A stretch of DNA of 64,000 bases. Origin: an uncultured Pseudomonadales bacterium (GTDB lineage Bacteria > Patescibacteriota > Microgenomatia > UBA1400 > PJMF01). The notes below the pieces were generated by a model. The model was not told the origin of the DNA and searched no databases. It worked only from the letters and a program-made list of their open reading frames with translations. The translations under genes and the position numbers were made by a program. Positions 38,540-48,153 of the stretch are shown one piece after another (the stretch's first letter is position 1; each line of letters begins with the position of its first letter). The stretch is taken from NCBI GenBank assembly GCA_964412775.1, contig CAYPPX010000001.1, positions 141,473 to 205,472 of the forward strand, given 5' to 3'.

Positions 38540-38627
38540 AAGTTTAGTTACTTCAACTCTTTATTTCTACTAAAAAATTCTGTAAGGTAACTGTTATTAT
38601 TTTCTTAAATAGAAATGACTGATTAAT

Positions 38628-39212
38628 ATGTTACAGGTGATTCTTGATGTTGAAACCAAAAAAACTTTTGATGAAGTTGGTGGTTACTTTCCTGATAGAT
38701 TAGGGATTTCCTTTGTCGGGGTTAATGTTAGACATAATTTTGGTGAAGAAGGTGAATATCAGTCTTACTTTGAACAAGATTTGCCTAAATTATTTCCCTT
38801 ACTAGAAAAAGCAGATGTAGTAGTTGGTTTTAATATTGATGGTTTTGATATGCCAACTTTTACCTCATATTATACTGGTGATATCAGCAAAATCCCGACT
38901 TTAGATATTATGTTGAGAATTAAAGATGTTACTGGTCACAGAATTGGTTTAGATGCGGTAGCTAAAGAAACTTTGGGGATTGGTAAAACTGGTGATGGTT
39001 TGGATGCAATTAAGTATTACCAAACTCAGCAATGGGAAAAACTAGAAAAATATTGTTTACAAGATGTGAAAGTGACTAAAGAGATTTTGGATTATGGTTA
39101 CAGTAAAGGTGAAATTAAATTTCGTAATAAATGGAATAGATTAATTACCACACCGGTTGATTTTACTTTTACCCCCCAGAAAAATGCTGGAGTTCAGATG
39201 AGTTTAATCTGA
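38628..39212 (+). CDS. DEDDy-type 3'-5' exonuclease (PolB-exo-like / DnaQ superfamily)
   Basis: Exo I motif LDVETKK, Exo II motif VGFNIDGFDMP, and Exo III motif YCLQDV. Confidence 0.6.
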   Translation: MLQVILDVETKKTFDEVGGYFPDRLGISFVGVNVRHNFGEEGEYQSYFEQDLPKLFPLLEKADVVVGFNIDGFDMPTFTSYYTGDISKIPTLDIMLRIKDVTGHRIGLDAVAKETLGIGKTGDGLDAIKYYQTQQWEKLEKYCLQDVKVTKEILDYGYSKGEIKFRNKWNRLITTPVDFTFTPQKNAGVQMSLI

Positions 39213-39232
39213 AACAATGTTACAATTCCTCT

Positions 39233-39784
39233 GTGCAAAAAGCTAAGTTACCCCCAAAGGTTTGTTTAACGGCAGCTGGTTTTTTAGTTAATGATAATAA
39301 AGTGTTATTGGTTAAACATAAAAAGCTAGGTATTTGGCTGGCTCCAGGTGGCCACATGGAGGAAGATGAGTTGCCACATCAGGCAGCAGAAAGAGAGTTT
39401 TGGGAAGAAACAGCGATTAAAGTTACTGCTCAAAGTACTTTACCGCTTTTGCCAGGAACAGCTAATTCTGCTTATTATCCCACGCCGTTTTCGGTGAATT
39501 TACATTGGATTAGTAAAGAGCTTTATCAGAAGAGATTGGCTAGTAAAACTCCAGAAAAAAGAGTGACCGATAAAACCTGGAAATTAGGTTGTGAACAGCA
39601 CTTAGTTTTTACTTATGTAGTGACCGCTATTGCTGGAGTTGAGTTTAAACAAAATGTTGAGGAAACTTTGGGGATTGGTTGGTTTAGTAAAGATGACTTA
39701 AAAGATTTAGAAACTATTCCGGAAGTTAGAGTTGAAGCCGCTTGGGTTTTGGCTCATCAGGACAAGATGAAAGGTTCACCATGA
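39233..39784 (+). CDS. NUDIX hydrolase
   Basis: Nudix box GGHMEEDELPHQAAEREFWEETAI. Confidence 0.8.
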   Translation: MQKAKLPPKVCLTAAGFLVNDNKVLLVKHKKLGIWLAPGGHMEEDELPHQAAEREFWEETAIKVTAQSTLPLLPGTANSAYYPTPFSVNLHWISKELYQKRLASKTPEKRVTDKTWKLGCEQHLVFTYVVTAIAGVEFKQNVEETLGIGWFSKDDLKDLETIPEVRVEAAWVLAHQDKMKGSP

Positions 39785-40266
39785 AAGTTGCGCATCAACT
39801 AACAGAAAATGTGAAGTTTTTACATAAGGTAGCCTTATTGCACAATGGTAAGGTTTTAGTGCTCAAAAGAGCTAATGATGCAAAAAGCAGACCTGGGGCT
39901 TGGGATTTACCCGGTGGGAATGTTGAGTGGCCAGAAGCTCTCACTGAGTCAAAAAGAAATCTCCATCAGAACGATGTGGCTCGTGAAATAATCGAGGAAA
40001 CAGGCTTAGAAGTGGCTCCAGCTACCTTTGTTTTGGAAAACATGGTCCACTTTTTTAGTTATTTTGATGCTAGAAAACAAATCTACTCGATTGTTTGTGG
40101 TTGGGTTGTAAGCAATCTAACTGACCTAGAACCAGACAAGGTCTTATTATCTGACGAACACGTTGAATACCGTTGGATCGATGAGTCGGAGCTTAATAGT
40201 TTGGATTTTGGAGAGCCTGTTGGGACTTTTGTCAAAACAATTATTGAACAAGCACTTACAAGATAA
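39781..40266 (+). CDS. NUDIX hydrolase (second, tandem)
   Basis: Nudix box GGNVEWPE...AREIIEETGL. ATGA overlap with the previous gene. Confidence 0.75.
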   Translation: MKVAHQLTENVKFLHKVALLHNGKVLVLKRANDAKSRPGAWDLPGGNVEWPEALTESKRNLHQNDVAREIIEETGLEVAPATFVLENMVHFFSYFDARKQIYSIVCGWVVSNLTDLEPDKVLLSDEHVEYRWIDESELNSLDFGEPVGTFVKTIIEQALTR

Positions 40267-40278
40267 AGAAAGTTAATT

Positions 40279-41028
40279 ATGTCGTTACTTAAAGTTACTG
40301 ATCTGGTGACCCAAATTGATGGTCAGCCGATTTTAAAAGGTTTGAACTTGGAAATTGAGGCTGGTAAATCAGTGGTGATTATGGGGCCAAATGGCTCTGG
40401 TAAGTCGACTTTATCCAAAGTTTTGGCAGGTCATCCTGATTATGAGTCGACTGGCTCGATTATTTTTAATGGCAAAGAAATTTTTGAGCTATCTCCTGAT
40501 GAACGAGCCAAAGAGGGTTTGTTTTTAGCTTTCCAATATCCAGTCGAAATTCCTGGTGTTAAAGTGTTGAATTTTTTGTGGACTATTTATACCCAAAAAA
40601 ATCCAGATCGAGAAACCAGAGAATATAAGTCAATTGTTGAGTTTAAAAACTTTTTAGAAACCAAAGCCAAAGAATTAGATATTTCCACAAAACTTCTAAC
40701 CAGAGGGTTAAATGAAGGTTTTTCTGGTGGGGAGAAAAAGCGGTTGGAGATTTTACAGATGGCAGTCCTCAAACCTAAATTAGCCATTCTTGATGAGACT
40801 GACTCTGGTTTAGATATTGATGCTATTCGAGTTGTAGCCCAAGGAGTTGAACAAATCAGACAAGAAACCGGGATGACGGTGTTGATCATTACTCATTACC
40901 AACGAATTTTACAATACATGACTTATGACCAAGTCTTGGTTGTCGCTGGTGGTCGAGTGGTGAAAGAAGGTGGACCAGAATTAGTAGATGAACTAGAACA
41001 AACCGGTTATGGCCAGATTCGCAACTAA
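40279..41028 (+). CDS. sufC: Fe-S cluster assembly ATPase SufC
   Basis: ABC ATPase with Walker A GPNGSGKST and LSGGEKKR. Confidence 0.95.
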   Translation: MSLLKVTDLVTQIDGQPILKGLNLEIEAGKSVVIMGPNGSGKSTLSKVLAGHPDYESTGSIIFNGKEIFELSPDERAKEGLFLAFQYPVEIPGVKVLNFLWTIYTQKNPDRETREYKSIVEFKNFLETKAKELDISTKLLTRGLNEGFSGGEKKRLEILQMAVLKPKLAILDETDSGLDIDAIRVVAQGVEQIRQETGMTVLIITHYQRILQYMTYDQVLVVAGGRVVKEGGPELVDELEQTGYGQIRN

Positions 41029-42436
41029 AAAAACCAAACCAGGAGATGATTTTATCCAAAACGATTATCAGCATGGATATTCTTTTGGGACCAAAGACTA
41101 TGTTTTTCAGGCTGATAAAGGCTTGACCGAGGAGTTGATTCGTCAGATTTCTGCGATGAAGCACGAGCCAGCTTGGATGCTGGAGTTGAGGTTGAAAGGC
41201 TTTGCTGAGTTTAAAGTTAAACAGAATCCTCTTTGGGGAGCTGATTTGTCTGCTATTACTTTTGATGATTTATCTTATTATTTGAAACCAACTGCAGGCC
41301 AAGCTAAGTCTTGGGATGATGTGCCACCAGAAGTAAGAGAGACTTTTGATCGGATTGGTGTGCCAGAAGCAGAAAAACAATATTTAGCTGGTATTAAAGC
41401 TCAATATGACAGTGAAGTAGTTTATGGTTCGCTCAAACAAACTTGGGAAAAAGATGGGGTGATTTTTTTGTCTATGGATGAGGGGTTAGCTAAATACCCA
41501 GATTTGGTCAAAGAACATTTTACTAAAGTAATTGCTCATAATGATAATAAATATGCTGCGTTAAATACGGCGGTGTGGTCTGGTGGGTCATTTGTTTATG
41601 TGCCACCTGGAGTGCAGGTTAAAATGCCACTCCAGACTTATTTTAGAATTAACTCCGAGGCTTTCGGTCAATTTGAGAGAACCCTAATTATTGTGGATGA
41701 AGGGGCTTCAGTTCATTATGTCGAGGGTTGTACCGCTCCTCAATTCTCATCAACGTCACTTCATTCTGCTGTGGTAGAAATTGTGGTAAAAAAAGGTGCG
41801 ACTTGTCAGTACACTACGGTTCAGAATTGGTACAAGAATATTTATAACCTAGTGACCAAGAGATCTTATGTTCATGAAGAAGGTAAGATGATTTGGACTG
41901 ATTTCAACATGGGTTCCAAGGTCACGATGAAATACCCAGGTTTTGTTTTGGCTGGCAAAGGGGCTCATGGTGAAGTTTTATCAATGGCTTTAGCTGGTCA
42001 TGGTCAGCATCAAGATACTGGTGCCAAAGCAATTCATTTAGCTCCATATACTTCTTCAACCATTATTTCTAAATCGATTAGTAAAGATGGTGGTCGAGCC
42101 AGCTACCGGGGAATGGTTCATGTTGGGCCCAAAGCTCATCACAGTAAGAATACGGTAGTGTGTGATGCGTTATTACTGGATGATAAATCTCAGTCTGACA
42201 CTTACCCGTTGGATAAGGTTTTTAATAATCAGATTGAAGTTCAGCATGAAGCGACCGTGTCCAAAATTGGTGATGATCAGCTTTTTTACTTGATGAGTCG
42301 TGGTGTTTCAGAAGAGGATGCCAGAAAAATGATCGTGAATGGTTTCATTGCTGATCTAGTGAAAAAATTACCTTTGGAATACGCAGTGGAAATGAACCGC
42401 TTAATTGACTTTGAGATGGAAGGTTCAATCGGCTAA
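41009..42436 (+). CDS. sufB: Fe-S cluster assembly scaffold SufB
   Basis: 475 aa with the SufB/D beta-helix C-terminal region. Overlaps the sufC end. Confidence 0.9.
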   Translation: MARFATKKTKPGDDFIQNDYQHGYSFGTKDYVFQADKGLTEELIRQISAMKHEPAWMLELRLKGFAEFKVKQNPLWGADLSAITFDDLSYYLKPTAGQAKSWDDVPPEVRETFDRIGVPEAEKQYLAGIKAQYDSEVVYGSLKQTWEKDGVIFLSMDEGLAKYPDLVKEHFTKVIAHNDNKYAALNTAVWSGGSFVYVPPGVQVKMPLQTYFRINSEAFGQFERTLIIVDEGASVHYVEGCTAPQFSSTSLHSAVVEIVVKKGATCQYTTVQNWYKNIYNLVTKRSYVHEEGKMIWTDFNMGSKVTMKYPGFVLAGKGAHGEVLSMALAGHGQHQDTGAKAIHLAPYTSSTIISKSISKDGGRASYRGMVHVGPKAHHSKNTVVCDALLLDDKSQSDTYPLDKVFNNQIEVQHEATVSKIGDDQLFYLMSRGVSEEDARKMIVNGFIADLVKKLPLEYAVEMNRLIDFEMEGSIG

Positions 42437-42438
42437 AG

Positions 42439-42924
42439 ATGACAACGTATCAAATCAAAGCTAACGAACACCAAGCAATTACTTTGGAAAAACCAGGTAA
42501 ATATGTGATTGAGTTGGTGGGTGAAGGTGCCAGTGTAGATATCAAAGGTATCTTTCAAACAAAGCAAAGTGAAACTTGTTTACTAGAGGTAGTAATTCAT
42601 CATCAGGCTCCCCATACCAGAGCTGAAACAGTGATGAAAGGCGCTGCCAAGGATAACTCATTTATTCAGTTCAAAGGCAAAATTGTGATTGATCAGGACT
42701 GTGGTGATACCCAATCATTTTTGACTGAAAGGGTGTTATTGTTAAGTGAAACTGCTAGAGCAGAAGCTGTCCCAGATCTAGAAATCAAGACGGATGACGT
42801 GAAATGTTCTCATGCTGCCAGTATTAGTAGCATTACTGATGAACACCTTTTTTATCTTCAATCTAGAGGGATCGAGAAAGCTGTGGCTGAACAAATGATT
42901 GTTGATGGTTTCTTAGAGGTTTAG
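42439..42924 (+). CDS. sufD: SufD-like protein (short, C-terminal SufB/D domain only)
   Basis: 161 aa. Its C-terminal helices (ITDEHLFYLQSRGIEKAVAEQMIVDGFL) parallel the SufB C-terminus. Confidence 0.7.
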   Translation: MTTYQIKANEHQAITLEKPGKYVIELVGEGASVDIKGIFQTKQSETCLLEVVIHHQAPHTRAETVMKGAAKDNSFIQFKGKIVIDQDCGDTQSFLTERVLLLSETARAEAVPDLEIKTDDVKCSHAASISSITDEHLFYLQSRGIEKAVAEQMIVDGFLEV

Positions 42925-42975
42925 ATTAAGTTACTTTTTGTTTTCTAGTCAAATTTGGGTTAAGATATTAGAGTT

Positions 42976-45186
42976 GTGAATGGTCGAAGCGAATTTATTC
43001 CAGAATCCAAATTACTTTCTTCATATGAAGATGAGGAAAGTTTGTTTACTGATAAATCACCAATAGCATATACTTTTGACCCAGAAGCAATTTTGTTAGA
43101 AGCAGAGATAGCAATAGATGATTTAACTGATTTATCAGAACAAAATGAGTTGGTTTTACCAGATAGAATCGATTGGCTGAATTTTGGTGATCAGATAGGA
43201 TTGATTTACCAAACTATTTCTCTTGGTAATGCTAGTGAAGTTGTTGAGTTACTTCCAGCCAAGATAAAAATTACCGATTATGATTTCAACTTTGAAAGGC
43301 TGCTAGAAAATTTAATTAAAGCTGGTTTTGCGGAACAGATAATATCTAAGTTGGTAAAAATTGATTCTTGTGCTGATTTAGTAGATCCCAATAAAGGTTT
43401 TATTACTAGCTTTTTTAGAATGCTGATTAGACTTGGTTATGTTGATCAATTAGTGGTTATATTGCCTGAAATTTACGGCGATATTACCCTAAATAAATGG
43501 ATAGTTGAGATTTATGCTGATTGTGCAAACTTGAGAGAAACTTATAGGGTAAAGTTGGTTGAGGAAATTTCTAACCTTATTCCTCAAGAGATATCACTGG
43601 AAGATGCTTTTCCTTGGGATTTAGCAAACTTATCTTTATTGGCCAGAATAGATATTCAATTTGTTGAAAATTTTTTAGGTAGGTTTAAAAAAGAGGTGAA
43701 TATTTTGGTTTTAAATGAAAAACAACTAGATTTTTTAAATGATTTAGTTGGATTGGGTTTTTCTAATCAGGTGGTCAAACTAATTAAACCCAGTTGTAAC
43801 AGAAAAATTAGTCGCGAAGCTTGTTATTTATTGCATCGTTTAGCAAAGAACGGTCAAGAAAATATTGCTCTTGAGTTTGTGAAAATTGCTTTGGATAAAA
43901 GTGATAGTACAACAGTTTCTGTTTGTTCCTCTTTAGTTGAAAAAGGTTTTGCTGATGAAGTAATAGCTTTGGGAATTTTACCTGACAATTTTTTAATGGG
44001 TTCCCCCGATTTAAATAAATATATTTCTTTATTTATGGCTTTAGTTAAAGTTGGTAAAGGCAGTGAAATAATAAAAAGAATAACCAGAATTAACTTGAAT
44101 AGTTTAGAACCATTAGAATATGAATTTATAGATAGGTTGATTAAATTTAATTTTTCTGGAGATTTAGCAAGACTTATTTCTGATTATATTGATTACAGTC
44201 ACTTGACTTCTAAAGCCAGAAGATTTTTAGCAAAACTTGCGCCAGTATCTCCTAAAATTAAAGAGGGTTTACTGAGTAATATTCCTGAGAAATTTGACTT
44301 ATCTATGATTAACGAACTGATTTTATATCTTGATGGTTTATTAGACGGACCACTGGCAGATGAAATATTAAGTCGTTTTACTGGTTTAAACCAGCTAACG
44401 GACTTTAAATATGACTTTTATGGCCAAGATAGTGATAGAAATCAATTGTATTTTTTGACAGAAATTGCAATTAGTGGCCATGTTGACCAATTAAATGCTT
44501 TATTTGCAGAAATTTTTAAGAAGATTGAATCAGGGTTGAGACAACCAATTGATCATGAGTCACTATCATTAACTAGAAAAGCAGGGCCACATTTACATGA
44601 ATTAATTAAAAAATTTCCAATTATTGATGGTTATGGAGAATCTTTAAGATTTGGTTGGATCAAAAGAAAAGTCAATAAAGGTGGTAGTGAAAATTTTGTC
44701 TATTTAAACTTAGGAGCTGGCAATTTAAAAGTTATTTTTCGAAGCAGTTTAATTCAACAATCTTATTTAGCTAGTTATCAAAAAGCCTTTAATTTAATTC
44801 CAGACTATGTAGTTGGTGCTAACTATCCAGAGTTACAAAATAATAAAAGTGAAAAAAAATGTCTTAGCGTTGATAGTTTGGGTAGTTATCGAGAAGTTTA
44901 TGCTGGACCAAGTTTGGATTTACTAGATCTCGATGCTTTACCGGTAACAGTAAGAGATTCCATAGAAAATCAGCGTAAATATATTTTGTTAAAGTTGGGT
45001 ATTAATGGTATTAACCATGGTCATGCTCATGAGAGAAACTTTAATGTTCGTTTCCTTTTAACTAAAGGGCAACAAAAAAAACTTTTTTTTGATGTTAATA
45101 TGGCTATTCGTTTTGCTATTGAGCAACAAATGGCTTTAACACCAATTGTGACTTTGAGAGATTGGGATGCAGCGACCAGTAGCTAG
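42976..45186 (+). CDS. large hypothetical helical-repeat protein inserted in the suf operon
   Basis: 736 aa. GTG start. At least 7 degenerate approx 35-aa repeats of the form L[IV]xxG[FY]x[DENS][QE][IV][IV]xL. A distinct C-terminal approx 200 aa includes INHGHAHERNFNV. Confidence 0.55.
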   Translation: MNGRSEFIPESKLLSSYEDEESLFTDKSPIAYTFDPEAILLEAEIAIDDLTDLSEQNELVLPDRIDWLNFGDQIGLIYQTISLGNASEVVELLPAKIKITDYDFNFERLLENLIKAGFAEQIISKLVKIDSCADLVDPNKGFITSFFRMLIRLGYVDQLVVILPEIYGDITLNKWIVEIYADCANLRETYRVKLVEEISNLIPQEISLEDAFPWDLANLSLLARIDIQFVENFLGRFKKEVNILVLNEKQLDFLNDLVGLGFSNQVVKLIKPSCNRKISREACYLLHRLAKNGQENIALEFVKIALDKSDSTTVSVCSSLVEKGFADEVIALGILPDNFLMGSPDLNKYISLFMALVKVGKGSEIIKRITRINLNSLEPLEYEFIDRLIKFNFSGDLARLISDYIDYSHLTSKARRFLAKLAPVSPKIKEGLLSNIPEKFDLSMINELILYLDGLLDGPLADEILSRFTGLNQLTDFKYDFYGQDSDRNQLYFLTEIAISGHVDQLNALFAEIFKKIESGLRQPIDHESLSLTRKAGPHLHELIKKFPIIDGYGESLRFGWIKRKVNKGGSENFVYLNLGAGNLKVIFRSSLIQQSYLASYQKAFNLIPDYVVGANYPELQNNKSEKKCLSVDSLGSYREVYAGPSLDLLDLDALPVTVRDSIENQRKYILLKLGINGINHGHAHERNFNVRFLLTKGQQKKLFFDVNMAIRFAIEQQMALTPIVTLRDWDAATSS

Positions 45187-45220
45187 TGGCAATTTCCAGA
45201 TATCTGTTACAATTTAATTT

Positions 45221-46477
45221 ATGTTTGATCCACAAAAAATTGTTCAAGATTTCCCGATTTTGCACCAAAAGGTTCATGGTGATAAAAGGCTTATTTATTT
45301 GGATAGTGGTGCTACCTCTCAAAAACCAAAACAAGTGATTGAGGCTATTAGTGAATACTATTTAAATGATAACGCCAATGTCCACCGAGGTGTTCATGTC
45401 TTATCAGATAGAAGTACCCAAGTTTGGGAGGAAAGTCGAGCTACAATTGCGAATTTTTTTGGTGCCTTTCCTGAAGAGTTAATTATTACTAGAAATACGA
45501 CTGAGGCTAGTAATGGAATTGCTTATGGTTGGGAACATAATCTCCAGTCAGGAGATGTTTTGGTTAGCACCATGATGGAGCATCACGCTAACTTGGTTGT
45601 TTGGCAAGAATTGGCCAAAAGAACTGGTGCGATTTTAAAAGTAGTTAATTTAAAAAATAAAGCAGAATTAGACCTAGACCACTTAACCGAGATCCTGAAG
45701 CAAGGTAAGGTTAAATTAGTAGCTTTTAATCATGTCTCTAACTCCCTTGGAACTGTCAATCCAGTTGCTGAAATTGTCAAGTTGGTGAAAAAACATGCTG
45801 GTGGAGCTAGAACGGTGGTGGATGCCGCCCAATCTGCCCCGCATCTGCCGATCAACTTTCACCAGTTGAAGGTAGATTTCCTGATTTTTAGTGGTCACAA
45901 AATGTTAGCGCCGATGGGAGTGGGTGGGTTATTGGTTAGAAAAGAGCTAATGGTTAATGAAGAATTTAAGCCATGGTTATTCGGTGGTGGGATGATTGAT
46001 CAGGTTCATGCTGAAACTGCTAGTTATTCTCCAGATTTAGCTGATCGATTTACTGCCGGGACACCTGATGTAGCCTCGACTAGAGGGTTGGCCGTTGCTT
46101 GTGAATATTTATCTAATTTGGATATGACTGAAGTAATGAAGCATGATTTTGAATTAGTCACATATGCTTATGATAAATTGAGCCAAATACCAGGTGTAAC
46201 TGTCGTCGGTCTTAAACCAGAACTAGTGAATGGTTTGCCAAATAGGTCTGGCTCAGTCACTTTTATTCACCAGACGGCTCATCCTCATGATCTAGCTCAG
46301 ATTTTGGATAGTGAAGGGGTAGCTGTTAGATCTGGTCATCACTGTACTATGCCATTACATCTTGCCTGTGACTGGCAGGCTACTACCAGAGCCAGTTTCA
46401 ATGTTTATTCAACTAAGAAAGACATTGATATCTTAGTAGCTGCATTTGCTAAAGTAAATAAAATTTTTGGAGTTTAA
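45221..46477 (+). CDS. sufS: cysteine desulfurase SufS (class V aminotransferase)
   Basis: PLP-lysine block FSGHKMLAPMG and catalytic-Cys region HHCTMP. Confidence 0.9.
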   Translation: MFDPQKIVQDFPILHQKVHGDKRLIYLDSGATSQKPKQVIEAISEYYLNDNANVHRGVHVLSDRSTQVWEESRATIANFFGAFPEELIITRNTTEASNGIAYGWEHNLQSGDVLVSTMMEHHANLVVWQELAKRTGAILKVVNLKNKAELDLDHLTEILKQGKVKLVAFNHVSNSLGTVNPVAEIVKLVKKHAGGARTVVDAAQSAPHLPINFHQLKVDFLIFSGHKMLAPMGVGGLLVRKELMVNEEFKPWLFGGGMIDQVHAETASYSPDLADRFTAGTPDVASTRGLAVACEYLSNLDMTEVMKHDFELVTYAYDKLSQIPGVTVVGLKPELVNGLPNRSGSVTFIHQTAHPHDLAQILDSEGVAVRSGHHCTMPLHLACDWQATTRASFNVYSTKKDIDILVAAFAKVNKIFGV

Positions 46478-46478
46478 A

Positions 46479-46862
46479 ATGAATGATTTTTATCAAGAAG
46501 AGATGATCGCTGAGTTTAAAGAACCCCAAAATAGAGGCAAATTAATTGATGCTGATTTTGAGCATGAGGGCAAGAATGCCTCTTGTGGTGATGAGCTGAA
46601 AGTTTATTTGAAATTTTCTGCTGATGGTCAAAAAATTACTGATGTTAAGTGGGAAGGTCATGGCTGTGTCGTGAGTGTGACCAGCATGAGTTTGTTGTCA
46701 GAAAAAATCAAAGGCAAGACTTTGGCGGAGCTTAAAACTTGGGACAAAAGTAATTTGTTACCTTTTTTTGGGATGGCTGAAGTTAATAAAGGTCGTGAAA
46801 AATGTTTTACTTTAGGTTTAAATGCAGTGCAACAAGCCTTAGAAATCTGGCAAGCTAAGTAA
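46479..46862 (+). CDS. sufU: SufU/IscU-like sulfur acceptor scaffold
   Basis: NPxNxG, GKNASCGDEL, GHGCVVS blocks. RBS GGAG before the ATG at 46479. Confidence 0.85.
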   Translation: MNDFYQEEMIAEFKEPQNRGKLIDADFEHEGKNASCGDELKVYLKFSADGQKITDVKWEGHGCVVSVTSMSLLSEKIKGKTLAELKTWDKSNLLPFFGMAEVNKGREKCFTLGLNAVQQALEIWQAK

Positions 46863-46863
46863 T

Positions 46864-47436
46864 ATGAAAATTTTTGTTGGTTCAGCCAATCCAGTGAAGG
46901 TTAACGCCACTCTTGCCGCTGCTATCGAGACTTGGCCTGATGTGCAGGTTAAGGGTTTTGAGGTGGCTAGTAAAGTTTCAGCTCAACCGCTCAGTGATGA
47001 GGAAACCAGACAAGGGGCAATCAATCGAGCTCAGGCCGCTTTGGTTACTGGTCTTAAAGAGGTTGGTAGTGTTGAAGAAATACTTGGTGTGGGTATGGAA
47101 GGTGGTGTGGTAGATTATGGTAATGAGATGTGGTCTACTGTTTGGGCTGCGGTAGTTGATCAACCAGGCAATGTAACTTTATCTGCTGGGGCTAGATTTA
47201 TGGTGCCCAGTTCGGTAGCTGATTTGATTAGAAAAAAAGTAGAGATGGGTCATGCAGTAGCAGAGATTATTGGTGAAGAAAATAAAAATAAAATCAAGCA
47301 AGAACAAGGTCTGATTGGGATTTTGACGGCTGGTTTTGTTGACAGAACAGAAGAGTATCAAGGTATTATTAAATTGGCTCTTGGTATTTGGTATGGTCGA
47401 GAAAAAGCCAAACAACTTTTTGGTAAAAATATTTAA
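46864..47436 (+). CDS. yjjX: inosine/xanthosine triphosphatase (YjjX family, Maf/Ham1 superfamily)
   Basis: KIFVGSANPVK...AQPLSDEETRQGAINRA matches the YjjX N-terminal signature. Confidence 0.65.
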   Translation: MKIFVGSANPVKVNATLAAAIETWPDVQVKGFEVASKVSAQPLSDEETRQGAINRAQAALVTGLKEVGSVEEILGVGMEGGVVDYGNEMWSTVWAAVVDQPGNVTLSAGARFMVPSSVADLIRKKVEMGHAVAEIIGEENKNKIKQEQGLIGILTAGFVDRTEEYQGIIKLALGIWYGREKAKQLFGKNI

Positions 47437-47445
47437 AGGGAAGAT

Positions 47446-48153
47446 ATGCCTCCACAAGTTTATAAAGTGAAATTAGCTGATAAAGAAGTGCTTAATAATA
47501 AGTTTACTAGGTTTGATTTTGAGTTAGTTGAACCTCATGAACTTGAATTTTTAGCTGGTCAATATGTGTCTTTCTTGGTTTCTGATAAGGGGGAGAGACG
47601 GTCTTACTCTATCTCTAGCTCTCCAGATATTAAACATGGTTTTAGTATCACTGTTGATGTTACTCCGGCTGGTTTGGGAGTAACTTTTTTGAATAACTTA
47701 AAGTTTGGTGATGAAGCTCAAGTTCTGGGGGCAATGGGTGAGTTTAAAATTCAACTTGAGCCAATTGAAGAAGAGTTAGTATTTATTGCCACTGGTTCTG
47801 GAATTGCCCCATTTAGATCAATGGTAATTGATCTGTTGAAGGATAAACAAGACCAGCGAAAAATTACTTTGTACTGGGGGTTACGTCATGAAGAAGACAT
47901 GATTTGGCAAGATTTATTTCAAGATTATGCTCAGACATTTAGTAATTTTAGTTTTCATCCAGTTTTATCTCAAGCTCAACAAGAATGGCCTTTATGTCGA
48001 GGCAGAGTAACTGATTGTTTAAGTATTCATGACTTGCCAGTTAAAGCTGGTTTTTATTTATGTGGCAATACAGCAATGATTGAGGATGTTAAAAAGGTTT
48101 TATTACAACGTGGGGTAGAACAAAAATTAATTCATCATGAGAAGTTTTATTAA
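47446..48153 (+). CDS. FAD/NAD(P)H-binding ferredoxin-reductase-type oxidoreductase (FNR family)
   Basis: RSYSISS (RxYS FAD motif), GTGSGIAPF, and YLCGNTAM blocks. Confidence 0.75.
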   Translation: MPPQVYKVKLADKEVLNNKFTRFDFELVEPHELEFLAGQYVSFLVSDKGERRSYSISSSPDIKHGFSITVDVTPAGLGVTFLNNLKFGDEAQVLGAMGEFKIQLEPIEEELVFIATGSGIAPFRSMVIDLLKDKQDQRKITLYWGLRHEEDMIWQDLFQDYAQTFSNFSFHPVLSQAQQEWPLCRGRVTDCLSIHDLPVKAGFYLCGNTAMIEDVKKVLLQRGVEQKLIHHEKFY

